64,000 bases of DNA from an uncultured Desulfobacterales bacterium (lineage in GTDB: Bacteria > Desulfobacterota > Desulfobacteria > Desulfobacterales > Desulfobacteraceae): contig CAZQJS010000007.1 of assembly GCA_964593725.1 (NCBI GenBank), positions 20,828 to 84,827 of the forward strand. The letters run 5' to 3'. Below, one piece after another: positions 1 to 9,790 of this stretch. A model generated the notes under the pieces. That model was not told the DNA's origin. It did no database searches and saw nothing but the letters and a program-made list of their open reading frames with translations. The position numbers and the translations under genes are program-made. The number at the start of each line of letters is the position of its first letter. Position 1 is the first letter of the stretch.

Positions 1-1014
1 CGACCCACTCCGGAATTAATTGAATTTTATACCACCCTGGCAAAGGGTAAAATCGGATTAATTATTTCAGGATATACCTATATAAGCCCGGAAGGCAAGC
101 AGCTGCCCGGGAAGATGGGAATCCATACAGATGATTTTGCCGATGACTTTAAAAGATTAACCGATAAAGTCCATGAACATGGGGGTAAAATTGCCATTCA
201 GCTTGTACATGCAGGCGGCCAGGCTGATAAAAAAGTTTCCGGCCACACCCCGGTTGCTCCTTCTGCTGTTAAGGCTGCCCAGTTTCCTGTTATTCCAGCC
301 ATGATGACCCAAACTGACATTGAAAGAGTTGTTACTGCATTTTATGATGCCTGCCTCCGTGCAAAAAATTATGGGTTTGACGGGGTCCAGATCCATGGCG
401 CCCATGGTTACCTTGTTAACCAGTTTCTGTCCCCCCTGACAAACCAGAGGGATGACAGGTATGGCGGTTCCATTGAAAACCGTGCAAGGTTCCTGTTTGA
501 AGTATACCATGCCATGAGATCAGGAGTGGGAGATAACTTTCCTGTTTTTATTAAACTCAATGGTGCTGACTATTTAGACAAGGGCTTTGAAATTGAGGAT
601 GCCCTGTGGGTATCAAAGCATTTGTCCAACCAGGGCATTGATGCAATTGAAGTCTCTTCAGGCACAGGTGCTTCAGGCGTATTTACCCCTGTCAGAACTA
701 AAATTACAAGCCCTGAAAAAGAGGCGTATAATATGGAACTTGCGCTCAGAATAAAAGAGCAGGTGTCATGCCCTGTCATGGCAGTTGGAGGGTTCAGAAG
801 CCTGGAAATTATTCAAAAATGCCTGGAAAAAGATGGCATTGATTTTATCTCCATGAGCCGCCCTCTGATACGGGAACCAAATCTGCCTGCACGCTGGGAA
901 AATGGTGATACAAACCCTGCAAAATGTATTTCCTGTAACAAATGTTTCATGCCTGGCCTTGCCAAGGGTGGAATTTATTGTGTGCCCCAAAGAGCAGAAT
1001 TAAAAAAAGCATAG
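1..1014 (+). CDS. NADH:flavin oxidoreductase, Old Yellow Enzyme / 2,4-dienoyl-CoA reductase-like family. The 5' end is truncated at the window edge: the reading frame is open from base 1, and the listed Met at 115 is internal.
   Basis: Translation shows OYE hallmarks: HGAHGYLVNQFLSP and a TIM-barrel FMN-binding pattern. The frame continues upstream of the first Met to position 1. The C-terminal tail carries Cys pairs (CISCNKC...C). Confidence 0.6.
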   Translation, partial: RPTPELIEFYTTLAKGKIGLIISGYTYISPEGKQLPGKMGIHTDDFADDFKRLTDKVHEHGGKIAIQLVHAGGQADKKVSGHTPVAPSAVKAAQFPVIPAMMTQTDIERVVTAFYDACLRAKNYGFDGVQIHGAHGYLVNQFLSPLTNQRDDRYGGSIENRARFLFEVYHAMRSGVGDNFPVFIKLNGADYLDKGFEIEDALWVSKHLSNQGIDAIEVSSGTGASGVFTPVRTKITSPEKEAYNMELALRIKEQVSCPVMAVGGFRSLEIIQKCLEKDGIDFISMSRPLIREPNLPARWENGDTNPAKCISCNKCFMPGLAKGGIYCVPQRAELKKA

Positions 1015-1131
1015 AGAGTCTGCCATGGCATTTTGTCTCTCTTACGTGAAAATGGTCTGTTGCCTTAAACAATTGAGTGATTATACTTAAAACTTCATAT
1101 CTGTATTAAATATTTAAAGGTGTTTTGATAA

Positions 1132-2316
1132 ATGGAAAAACCTGAGTCCTGCAATGCCAACTTTTCAGAAATTGTTCTGTCTGAAAATAAAACTGTTAAA
1201 CTGATTGGAACTGCCCATGTCTCCAAAGAGAGTGCCGTGTATGTAAAAAAAGTTATCCTTGAAGAAAAACCCGACACTGTCTGTGTTGAACTCTGTAACA
1301 CCAGGCTTGACTCCCTCAGGAATCAGGACAGGTGGCGCAACATGGATATTATTAAAATAATCAAGGAAAAAAAAGCTATTTTACTCTTTGTCAATCTCAT
1401 GCTTGCATCTTTTCAAAAAAAAATAGCAAAAAAGTTTGATATTCAGCCGGGCCAGGAAATGATTAATGCTGTAAATTCAGCTGAAAAAATCGGTGCTGTT
1501 ATAGTTCCGGCTGACAGGGATATTCAGATTACCCTTAAGCGTGTCTGGAGAGGCATGGGATTTTTTAAAAAAATAAAACTCATTTTCCAGCTTTTATTAT
1601 CCCTGGGTCCATCCGAAGATATTACAGAACAAGAGATAGAAAAAATGAAACAGGAGGACATATTAAAAAGCATATTAACTGATGTGAAAAAATCCCATCC
1701 GGAAATTGAAAAAATCCTGATAGATGAAAGAGATATGTTCCTTGCCCAAAAAATACAAAATGCCCCGGGACAGAGAATCATTGCCGTGGCAGGTGCAGGA
1801 CATGTCCCTGGAATAAAAAGATATATTGCAGAAAACAACGGTAAAAGTATTGAAGAACTTAACACTCTTCCGCCTCCGGGCAAATTTGGAGCAATATTTA
1901 AATGGCTGCTTCCAGCAGGCATTTTCCTCCTTTTTATCCTGGGATTTGTAATGGGTGGGAAAGACACAGGAACAGACATGATATGGTTCTGGATCGCTGC
2001 AAATAGTATATTTGCAGGACTTGGTGCAATCATTGCCCTTGCCCACCCCTATACCATTATTTCTGCTATTCTGGCAGCACCCCTTACATCCCTGAACCCC
2101 ATGATTGCTGCAGGATGGGTTTCAGGAATTGTGGAAGCTTTTGCAAGAAAACCAAAGGTCAGGGACTTTGAAGCCATTTCTGAAGACATTCTCACCATAA
2201 AAGGTTTCTGGAAAAACAGTGTAATCAGGATATTACTTGTGGTAGTGTTTACAAATATTGGCAGCGCCATAGGAACAATGACAGCTCTACCGCTCATGTT
2301 AAAGATACTTAACTGA
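1132..2316 (+). CDS. TraB/GumN family protein with a C-terminal membrane region
   Basis: The N-terminal motif IGTAHVSKESA...VCVELC is typical of the TraB/pheromone-shutdown family. The C-terminus is hydrophobic. Confidence 0.55.
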   Translation: MEKPESCNANFSEIVLSENKTVKLIGTAHVSKESAVYVKKVILEEKPDTVCVELCNTRLDSLRNQDRWRNMDIIKIIKEKKAILLFVNLMLASFQKKIAKKFDIQPGQEMINAVNSAEKIGAVIVPADRDIQITLKRVWRGMGFFKKIKLIFQLLLSLGPSEDITEQEIEKMKQEDILKSILTDVKKSHPEIEKILIDERDMFLAQKIQNAPGQRIIAVAGAGHVPGIKRYIAENNGKSIEELNTLPPPGKFGAIFKWLLPAGIFLLFILGFVMGGKDTGTDMIWFWIAANSIFAGLGAIIALAHPYTIISAILAAPLTSLNPMIAAGWVSGIVEAFARKPKVRDFEAISEDILTIKGFWKNSVIRILLVVVFTNIGSAIGTMTALPLMLKILN

Positions 2317-2403
2317 ACTATACTGACAACATGATGCTGACAGTAGTTGATAACATAGTCATAAAAGCATTATTTTTATTCACTTTTAAAAAAGGAGTTT
2401 AAA

Positions 2404-2817
2404 ATGAACAGATTTAAATGGTTTGCCTTATTTGTAATTTTTCTGATCCCTTATTCATTGTCTGGCTGTGTTTCCGCAAAAATTTCCCCCAATGCCGTGG
2501 ACCTTATTGTTAAATTTACATGGAAAAATACAGCAAAATGTTCCAGGATTTCTCCAAAAATCAATGTCTCCAATATTCCAAAAGGCACAAAAACCTTAAA
2601 GGTAATATTAAAAGATTTTCAGGCACCTGACTGGAATCACGGCGGAGGAACTGTGCCCTATACAGGTTCCGGCATAATTAAACCTGGAGCATTAAAAGCT
2701 GGCTACAATGGACCCTGTCCCCCGAGCGGTTCCCATAATTATGAATTTACTGTCCATGCAATTGATAAAGATGGTGTTATTATCGGGGTTGGAAAGGCTG
2801 TTAAAAAATTCCCTTAA
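2404..2817 (+). CDS. YbhB/YbcL (PEBP / Raf-kinase-inhibitor-like) family lipoprotein
   Basis: Signal peptide followed by Cys (LSGC). The motif PCPPSGSHNYEFTVHAID matches the bacterial PEBP signature. Confidence 0.55.
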   Translation: MNRFKWFALFVIFLIPYSLSGCVSAKISPNAVDLIVKFTWKNTAKCSRISPKINVSNIPKGTKTLKVILKDFQAPDWNHGGGTVPYTGSGIIKPGALKAGYNGPCPPSGSHNYEFTVHAIDKDGVIIGVGKAVKKFP

Positions 2818-2832
2818 TATTCTGATATTTAA

Positions 2833-5511
2833 CTAATGAGCCTCGGCCCAGTTTTTACCCCGGCCAATGTTAACAATAAGGGGAACTTTCAGACTGAACA
2901 GATTCTCCATCACATCCTTTGCAAGCTTTGCAAGATACTCTTTTTCATCTTGCAAAGCTTCAAAAATAATCTCATCGTGTACTGACAAAAGTATTTTTGA
3001 TTTAAGGTTATGGGTTTTTATGGCCCTGCTCATCTCTATCATTGCAAGTTTAATTAAATCTGCAGCACTCCCCTGAATAGGGGTGTTAATGGCCACCCTC
3101 CTTGCAAACTGCCTAACATTTGAATTTGGAGAATTGATCTCATTGAGTTTTCGTTTTCTGCCAAGAAGGGTTTCAACTTCCAGGTTTTTTTCAGCCTCTT
3201 TGATGGCAGCATCAATAAACCGTTTTACACCTGCATACCTTGCAAAATAGTTATCAATATAAATTTGTGCCATTTTTCTTGAAATATTAAGCTCTTTAGA
3301 AAGGCCATAGGCACTCATTCCATATACAATGCCAAAATTTATTGCCTTTGCCTGACTCCTTAAATCATTGGTTACAAATTCAGAAATAACATCAAAAACT
3401 TCCATTGCAGTTCTTGTGTGGATATCTTCATTATTTAAAAAAGCCTGTATGAGGATTTCATCATCGGCACAATGTGCAAGAATCCTAAGTTCTATCTGGG
3501 AATAGTCCGCTGAAATAAAAGTAAAACCTTTTTCTGGAATAAAAGCCTGCCTGATTTTTCTTCCCTCTTCTGTTCTTACCGGAATATTCTGAAGGTTGGG
3601 TTTTGAGCTGCTCAACCTGCCGGTGGCTGTTATTGTCTGATTAAAAGATGTATGAATCCTGTGGGTTTCCGGGTCTGCAAGTTTACTCAATGCATCAACA
3701 TATGTGGTTTTCAGCTTGCCTAGAGTTCTGTACCTGAGTACTTTTTCCGGAAGCTCATGTTTTCCGGACAGGGCTGTTAACACTTCAACATCGGTTGAAT
3801 ATCCCCTGGTTTTTTTTGTCTTTTTAATTACAGGAAGATTTAATTTCTCAAATAGAATTTCTCCAAGCTGCTGGGAGGAATTAATATTAAATGTCTGGTC
3901 AGCCAGGGTATATATCTCCTGTTCAAGGGTATCAAGTTCCTTTTTAAATATTTTTGAAAGAGTATTCAATTGTTGTTTATCAATTTTAATACCCTCCATT
4001 TCCATTTCAGCAAGAACTTTAATAAGTGGAATCTCAATTTCCGACATGAGCTTAAAAAGGTTAAAATCTTCTATTTTTTTCTTTAACTCCCCATGGGCTA
4101 AAAATGTAATATCTGCATCTTCAGCTGCATAATTCAAAGCCTCTGATATGGGCACGTCTTCAAACCCAATCTGGTTTTTCCCTTTGCCTGCAACGGTTTC
4201 ATATGATATTGTCTTATGTCCCAAAAGGTTCATTGCGATCTGATCAAGACTGTGGCCTCTGTTTGATGGATTTAATAAATACGATCCAATCATTGTATCA
4301 AAAACAATGCCCTTAAGTTTGATTCCACTCCTTGCAAGGACAATATAGTCATATTTAATGTTCTGTCCCACTTTTTTTATTTTATGATTTTCCAGAACCG
4401 GCTTTAGAATTTCAAGTACTCTTTTTTTATCAGGCTGTTCACATCCGCCTTTTTCAGTATGTCCCACAGGAATATAAAATGCCTGATGTTTTTTACAGGA
4501 AAAAGAGAGGCCCACAAGTTCTGCAGCCATTGGTATTTTTGATGTTGTCTCTGTGTCAAGGGCAAAAACAGATGCCTTTTCAAGCCTGTGCACAAGATTT
4601 TCAATGTCTTTAATCTTTGTTAAAAGTCTGTAATCTTTTCTGGACAAATCACCAGCCCCTGCAAACTCCATGGCAAGGCTTTTAAACTCATACTCCCTGA
4701 AAAGTTCTGAAATTTTATCCCTGTCAGGCAAAGGTATCTTAAACTGCTCTATGTTCTGTTCAACTTCAACAAACTTGTCTATTGTTACAAGTTTTTTACT
4801 CAACAAAGCATTATTTCTGTTTTCCTGCAAATTTTGATACAGCTTTTTTTTACCTTTTAAATCGTCAATATTTGCATACACATTTTCAATGGATTGATAT
4901 TGATTTATTAACGAACATGCTGTTTTTGGCCCTATACCTGGTACACCTGGAATATTATCTGATTTATCACCTGCAAGCCCCAGCATATCAATAAATTGTA
5001 ATGGAGTAATATTATAGTCTGCTTTTACCCTTTCAATATCCACGGTTTTATCTTTCATGGGATCCCACAGAATACAATCCCCGGTTATAAGCTGAATAAA
5101 ATCTTTATCTCCTGATACCATTACACTCTTAAAGCCCTGATCCCGGGCAAGCCTTGAATACGTACCCACAAGGTCATCTGCTTCATATCCCTGCTTTTCG
5201 ACAATTGCAATATTAAAAGCTTTTACGACCTTTTTTATATCTGGAATCTGAACAGCCATACTCTCTTCCATGGGGGGCCTGTTTGCTTTATACTCTTCAT
5301 ACATTTTATGCCTGAAGGTTAGTCCTTTTACATCAAAAAAAACAATGGCATACTCAGGTTGCTTCTCCTTTAAAAGCTTTAATAGAATTCTTGTAAAACC
5401 AAAGGTGGCATTGGTAGGATGGCCTGAGGATGTGGATAGATTTTTTATTGCATGGAATGCACGGTGAAGATATGCACTGCCGTCTATCAGGTATATCTCT
5501 TTTTTTTTCAC
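2833..5511 (-). CDS. polA: DNA polymerase I
   Basis: 892 aa. It has an N-terminal 5'-3' exonuclease region, a 3'-5' exonuclease region and polymerase motifs A, B and C (DYSQIELR, KAINFGIVYG, HDE). Confidence 0.95.
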   Translation of the reverse strand: MKKKEIYLIDGSAYLHRAFHAIKNLSTSSGHPTNATFGFTRILLKLLKEKQPEYAIVFFDVKGLTFRHKMYEEYKANRPPMEESMAVQIPDIKKVVKAFNIAIVEKQGYEADDLVGTYSRLARDQGFKSVMVSGDKDFIQLITGDCILWDPMKDKTVDIERVKADYNITPLQFIDMLGLAGDKSDNIPGVPGIGPKTACSLINQYQSIENVYANIDDLKGKKKLYQNLQENRNNALLSKKLVTIDKFVEVEQNIEQFKIPLPDRDKISELFREYEFKSLAMEFAGAGDLSRKDYRLLTKIKDIENLVHRLEKASVFALDTETTSKIPMAAELVGLSFSCKKHQAFYIPVGHTEKGGCEQPDKKRVLEILKPVLENHKIKKVGQNIKYDYIVLARSGIKLKGIVFDTMIGSYLLNPSNRGHSLDQIAMNLLGHKTISYETVAGKGKNQIGFEDVPISEALNYAAEDADITFLAHGELKKKIEDFNLFKLMSEIEIPLIKVLAEMEMEGIKIDKQQLNTLSKIFKKELDTLEQEIYTLADQTFNINSSQQLGEILFEKLNLPVIKKTKKTRGYSTDVEVLTALSGKHELPEKVLRYRTLGKLKTTYVDALSKLADPETHRIHTSFNQTITATGRLSSSKPNLQNIPVRTEEGRKIRQAFIPEKGFTFISADYSQIELRILAHCADDEILIQAFLNNEDIHTRTAMEVFDVISEFVTNDLRSQAKAINFGIVYGMSAYGLSKELNISRKMAQIYIDNYFARYAGVKRFIDAAIKEAEKNLEVETLLGRKRKLNEINSPNSNVRQFARRVAINTPIQGSAADLIKLAMIEMSRAIKTHNLKSKILLSVHDEIIFEALQDEKEYLAKLAKDVMENLFSLKVPLIVNIGRGKNWAEAH

Positions 5512-5697
5512 TTTTAACTGCTCCCTTGATTTTTAATTATGACAAATACTACCCCAAGACCAGAACAAAATCAAATTCATTACATTTTCAATTATAAAAC
5601 TTACTTGACAGATCTCCGTGTGGGCCTGATAATGCCTTAAAATATTTTATTGATAACTTTACTCAAAGGTTTATGACAAAATCAAGTCTGTTTTACC

Positions 5698-5916
5698 ATG
5701 GAAAACAAGTCAAGGGCACGGAGAAAAAAACGGAGAAAAAAACAATCAAAAACCTGCCACTGCTGCGGTCAATCCTTTATGTTTTGCTGGAACTGCAGAT
5801 GTGGATTTGCCATGTGTCAGCAATGCATGTATGAAAATCAATGGGGCTTAACATGCAATGGAATAACATGGCAGTGCCCTGACTGTGGAAAACAGAATGG
5901 ATTTGGAAACCAATAG
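5698..5916 (+). CDS. Small basic Cys-rich zinc-ribbon-like protein (hypothetical)
   Basis: 72 aa. The N-terminus RARRKKRRKKQSK is strongly basic. It is followed by 12 Cys in CxxC-type pairs (CHCCG, CWNCRC, CQQC, CPDCG). Reasonable start context. Convergent with hisD. Confidence 0.4.
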   Translation: MENKSRARRKKRRKKQSKTCHCCGQSFMFCWNCRCGFAMCQQCMYENQWGLTCNGITWQCPDCGKQNGFGNQ

Positions 5917-5917
5917 G

Positions 5918-7246
5918 TTATTCCATTGAACCTTGACTGCTGAACCTTGACTGCTTTCTCACCTTTATTGAATTTGCATGTCCGTCAAGGCCCTCCACCC
6001 TGGCAAGGGCGATGACATCATCTGCCTCCTTTTCAAAGGCCTGTTTTGAATATTGTATAAGACTTGTTTTTTTTGTAAAGTTTTCCACTGAAAGAGCAGA
6101 GGAAAACCTTGCAGTCCCTGCAGTGGGCAAAACATGGTTGGGACCTGCAATATAATCACCCATGGGTTCAGGGCTGTAGGGACCAAGAAATATTGCACCA
6201 GCGTTTCTTATCTTTCCTGTATATTCAAACGGATTATTCACCAGCAGTTCAAGATGTTCTGGTGCAAGTCTGTTTGAAAGCTCTATGGCTGTATTAATGT
6301 CAGGAACCTTAATAATTGCCCCAAAATCCTGAATCGATTTTGCGGCAATCTCTTTTCTTGAGAGTTTTTCAAGCTGCTCTTTAACACAAACAGCTGTTTT
6401 TTCTGCAATACTTAATGAGTCTGTCACAAGCATTGCAGACGCCATTGTATCATGCTCTGCCTGGGATAGAAGATCTGCTGCTATACATTCCGGGTCTGCA
6501 TTTTTACCGGCAATGATCAAAATTTCACTGGGCCCTGCTATCATGTCAATGCCAACGCTGCCAGACACAATTTTTTTTGCAAGGGTCACATAGAGATTTC
6601 CAGGCCCGACAATTACATTGACCCTTGGAATTGTTTCAGTACCAAAGGCCAGGGCTGCAATGGCCCAGGCACTGCCTGCCTTAAAAACATTATCAATGCC
6701 AACCCTTTCTGCCGTGGCTAGGATATACGGGTTAATCCTTCCATTTTCCATGGGAGGTGTTACAAGGGATATTGAGTCAACTCCTGCCACTTTAGCTGGT
6801 ACTCCGCCCATGACCACAGAAGATACAAGGGGTGTTTTACCGCCTTTTCCCCCTGGTGCATAAATTCCTGCAGCGTCCACAGGCTTTACCATCTGTCCCA
6901 CCATAACCCCCTTCCTTGGTGTATCAATCCAGGAGTTTTGGTTCTGCTTTAAATGAAATGATTCAATCTGTGTAACTGCTCTGTCAAGGGCTTTTAAAAA
7001 ATCCCTGTCAATATTCTGCCTTGCTTCCTTAAACTCATCTTCTGAAACCTTAAGGGATTTTTCTGTTACATATTTTGAATCAAAACGGTTTGTATAATGA
7101 CAGACTGCCTTGTCACCATCTTTGCGTACAGCCTCAATAAAAGTATTAACATTATTGTAATCTTCATCTGTAAACCCTAGTCCCCGTTCAATCGTGGCAA
7201 GTATCTTTTTTTCAGCACTATCTGAAGGATATTGTAAAATTTCCAT
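5918..7246 (-). CDS. hisD: Histidinol dehydrogenase
   Basis: 442 aa. Shows the conserved HisD regions (GPSEILIIAG, AEHD, GDY..GPNHVLPT). Confidence 0.9.
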   Translation of the reverse strand: MEILQYPSDSAEKKILATIERGLGFTDEDYNNVNTFIEAVRKDGDKAVCHYTNRFDSKYVTEKSLKVSEDEFKEARQNIDRDFLKALDRAVTQIESFHLKQNQNSWIDTPRKGVMVGQMVKPVDAAGIYAPGGKGGKTPLVSSVVMGGVPAKVAGVDSISLVTPPMENGRINPYILATAERVGIDNVFKAGSAWAIAALAFGTETIPRVNVIVGPGNLYVTLAKKIVSGSVGIDMIAGPSEILIIAGKNADPECIAADLLSQAEHDTMASAMLVTDSLSIAEKTAVCVKEQLEKLSRKEIAAKSIQDFGAIIKVPDINTAIELSNRLAPEHLELLVNNPFEYTGKIRNAGAIFLGPYSPEPMGDYIAGPNHVLPTAGTARFSSALSVENFTKKTSLIQYSKQAFEKEADDVIALARVEGLDGHANSIKVRKQSRFSSQGSME

Positions 7247-7348
7247 AATGTTCCTGTTTTTGATCCTAATTTGCTATGAATTCCCAAGTCCTTGATTTTT
7301 AGCAGATTTCCCATGTAAAGTCCAATTCATTATTATAGCCCTTTAAAC

Positions 7349-9739
7349 TTAAGACTTTACAGGAAGCTTAATTGTAAAAAGTGTGCCTTTACCTTTTTCC
7401 GATTCAACACTCATTTCACCACCATGATCTTCAGTGATGATAAAATATGATATTGAGAGCCCAAGCCCTGTTCCTTTATCTTTTGCCTTTGTTGTAAAGA
7501 AAGGTTCAAAAATACGGTTAAGTATGCTTTTTTCCATGCCAGGCCCGTTATCTTCAATTTCAAGACATGCCATGCCCTGGGATAAATAGGTTCTGATTAT
7601 TATCTTTAAAATACCTGCATTGTCCTTATTGCCGATAAATGCCTGGGTGCTGTTTTTTAAAATATTAAATATAACCTGCTGTATTTTGCTCCCTTCACAC
7701 GGTATATCAGGTAATTCAGGGTCATATTCCCGCTGGATCTCAAATTTTTTAAACCCTTTTTTCTTTTTTATATCATAATCAGTGCAGGCGAGCTCAATGG
7801 TTTTATCAACCTGTTCGTTCAGGCTTTGCAATGACTTTTCAGCCCCGCTTTTCTTTGCGAAATTCAACATATTTTCGACAATTTTTGCTGCCTGAACCCC
7901 TGCCTGGTTTATCTTTTCAAGATGTTCCAGAATTTTCCTGTCTTTCATATAGGATTTTATGCTCTCCAGGGTAATTCCGGCTGAGGCAGCCGCAATTTCA
8001 TTGGCTGGAAAAGATTTGGCAAGGCGGTTATACACCACCTGGGCATTCTGCATCATACCTGCAAGGGGATTATTGATCTCATGGGCCATACCGGCTGCAA
8101 GCCCGCCAACTGAGATCATCTTTTCCGTCTGGATAAGTATTGATTCAACCTTGACCTGGTTTGTAACATCATCAACATGGATTACAGCACCCTGCACATC
8201 ACCTGTTACCAGAGGGTAGATTGTAATATTCTCATAAAACAGCTCTCTGTTTTTTTTATAAGGTACTTTTAAATCTTCCTGAACTTCCTGTTTGATTATT
8301 GCTGTTGTAATTTTTTCAGAATATTTTTTCAGGCGGGGTAAAACAGTATACAGATTCTGTCCTTCTGCTTTTTCTGCTGAAAGCCCGGATTTCTTTTCTG
8401 CCTGGCGGTTAAACAATGTTATTTTATAACTGATATCTATGCCAACCAGTATTGAAGGCATTGAATTTACAATACTTGTCAAATAGCTGCGGTACTGGTT
8501 CAACTCTTTATCAGCTTTTTTACGTTGTGTAATATCAAGCCAGGATGCAAGACCTGCTGGTCTCCCATGGAACATAAGAGAACTTCCCTTAAGATATATC
8601 CATTTTTCTTCTTTTTGCTTGGTTATGAACTTGCATTCATATCCTGATGGTGCGTCCATGCCCTGGAGGCGCAAGCCTGAAATCTTTTTGATCATCTCCT
8701 TATATTCCGGAGCAAAGATATCTATAAAATACTTGTCTTTATATTCATCAAATGTATACCCTGAAATTTTTTCAGCTGCAGGATTACAATATACTATTTT
8801 ATCATCCTGATAAAGAACAATACCTATAGCAGATGTTTCTGCAACTGTTCTGAATTTGTACTCACTCTCCCTCAAAGACTCTTCCCATTTTTTCTGTTCT
8901 GAAATATCACTGATAACACATCTGAGTCCTGCAAGTCTGCCTGTTCTGTATATGGAAGATGTTTTAATTATGCCTGGAAAACAGGAGCCATCTTTTCTTT
9001 TAAAAATATATTCCCTTGACTCATCAATGGATTTTTCCCTTGTTTCATCATCTTTGCTCTTTTTCTTCAATTCTCCCTTAAAATTATCCGATGCAATCAG
9101 AGCAACACAGTTAACCCCCTGTTTTATATCTTTTTTTGAGTAACCAAGCATATCAAGTGTTTTGGAATTGGCATATGTTATTGTCAACTCATCATCTGTT
9201 TCAAAAATAGCCTCTGGTAATAATTCTGCCATATCCCTGAATCGTTTTTCACTCTCAATCACCCTCTCCATCATCTGTTTTCTCTCAATGGCAAAGGCAA
9301 TCTGGCCTGAAACAAAGATGAACATTTCAAAATCTTTTTGACTGAAATAGTTTGGTGTCTCATAGTCCTGAACTGCCATAACGCCAATGACTTTATTTTG
9401 GACAATCAAGGGAACACCAATCCATGTTTTACTCAGTTTGCCAATGGATCTCTTTGCTTTTTTCCTGCGGCTAAGCTGGTCTTCTGATAAAAAAAGGGGC
9501 TTGCCCGATAAGATAACTTCTCCGGTTAATGAATGTGTTTCCGTGAAATCATTTATATAGGACATCTCTTTATCAAACTGGTCTTTAAAATATGCAAACT
9601 CTATGGAACTTTTTTTTGCATCGTAGATTGCAATATAAAAATTGGGGCAATAGATTATTCTGTTCAATGATTTATGAATAAACCCATAAAATTTTTCAGG
9701 GCTTGCAGTTGTGTTAACTGCCTTCATTATATCATACAA
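7349..9739 (-). CDS. Sensor histidine kinase with an N-terminal GAF-like domain and multiple PAS domains
   Basis: 796 aa. H-box AHEINNPLAGM. HATPase_c N, G1 and G2 boxes (NILKNS, EDNGPGM, GTGLGLS). Upstream PAS-like repeats. Confidence 0.85.
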   Translation of the reverse strand: MYDIMKAVNTTASPEKFYGFIHKSLNRIIYCPNFYIAIYDAKKSSIEFAYFKDQFDKEMSYINDFTETHSLTGEVILSGKPLFLSEDQLSRRKKAKRSIGKLSKTWIGVPLIVQNKVIGVMAVQDYETPNYFSQKDFEMFIFVSGQIAFAIERKQMMERVIESEKRFRDMAELLPEAIFETDDELTITYANSKTLDMLGYSKKDIKQGVNCVALIASDNFKGELKKKSKDDETREKSIDESREYIFKRKDGSCFPGIIKTSSIYRTGRLAGLRCVISDISEQKKWEESLRESEYKFRTVAETSAIGIVLYQDDKIVYCNPAAEKISGYTFDEYKDKYFIDIFAPEYKEMIKKISGLRLQGMDAPSGYECKFITKQKEEKWIYLKGSSLMFHGRPAGLASWLDITQRKKADKELNQYRSYLTSIVNSMPSILVGIDISYKITLFNRQAEKKSGLSAEKAEGQNLYTVLPRLKKYSEKITTAIIKQEVQEDLKVPYKKNRELFYENITIYPLVTGDVQGAVIHVDDVTNQVKVESILIQTEKMISVGGLAAGMAHEINNPLAGMMQNAQVVYNRLAKSFPANEIAAASAGITLESIKSYMKDRKILEHLEKINQAGVQAAKIVENMLNFAKKSGAEKSLQSLNEQVDKTIELACTDYDIKKKKGFKKFEIQREYDPELPDIPCEGSKIQQVIFNILKNSTQAFIGNKDNAGILKIIIRTYLSQGMACLEIEDNGPGMEKSILNRIFEPFFTTKAKDKGTGLGLSISYFIITEDHGGEMSVESEKGKGTLFTIKLPVKS

Positions 9740-9790
9740 TACATCATTTACTTTTTCTGTTTTTATCCTTCTATCTATTTTAACCCTCCT

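Noticed and set aside
5270-5467. 65-aa plus-strand ORF inside polA. Similar short ORFs lie inside hisD, lon and gyrB.
   Set aside because: It is embedded within an essential gene on the opposite strand. No motif.
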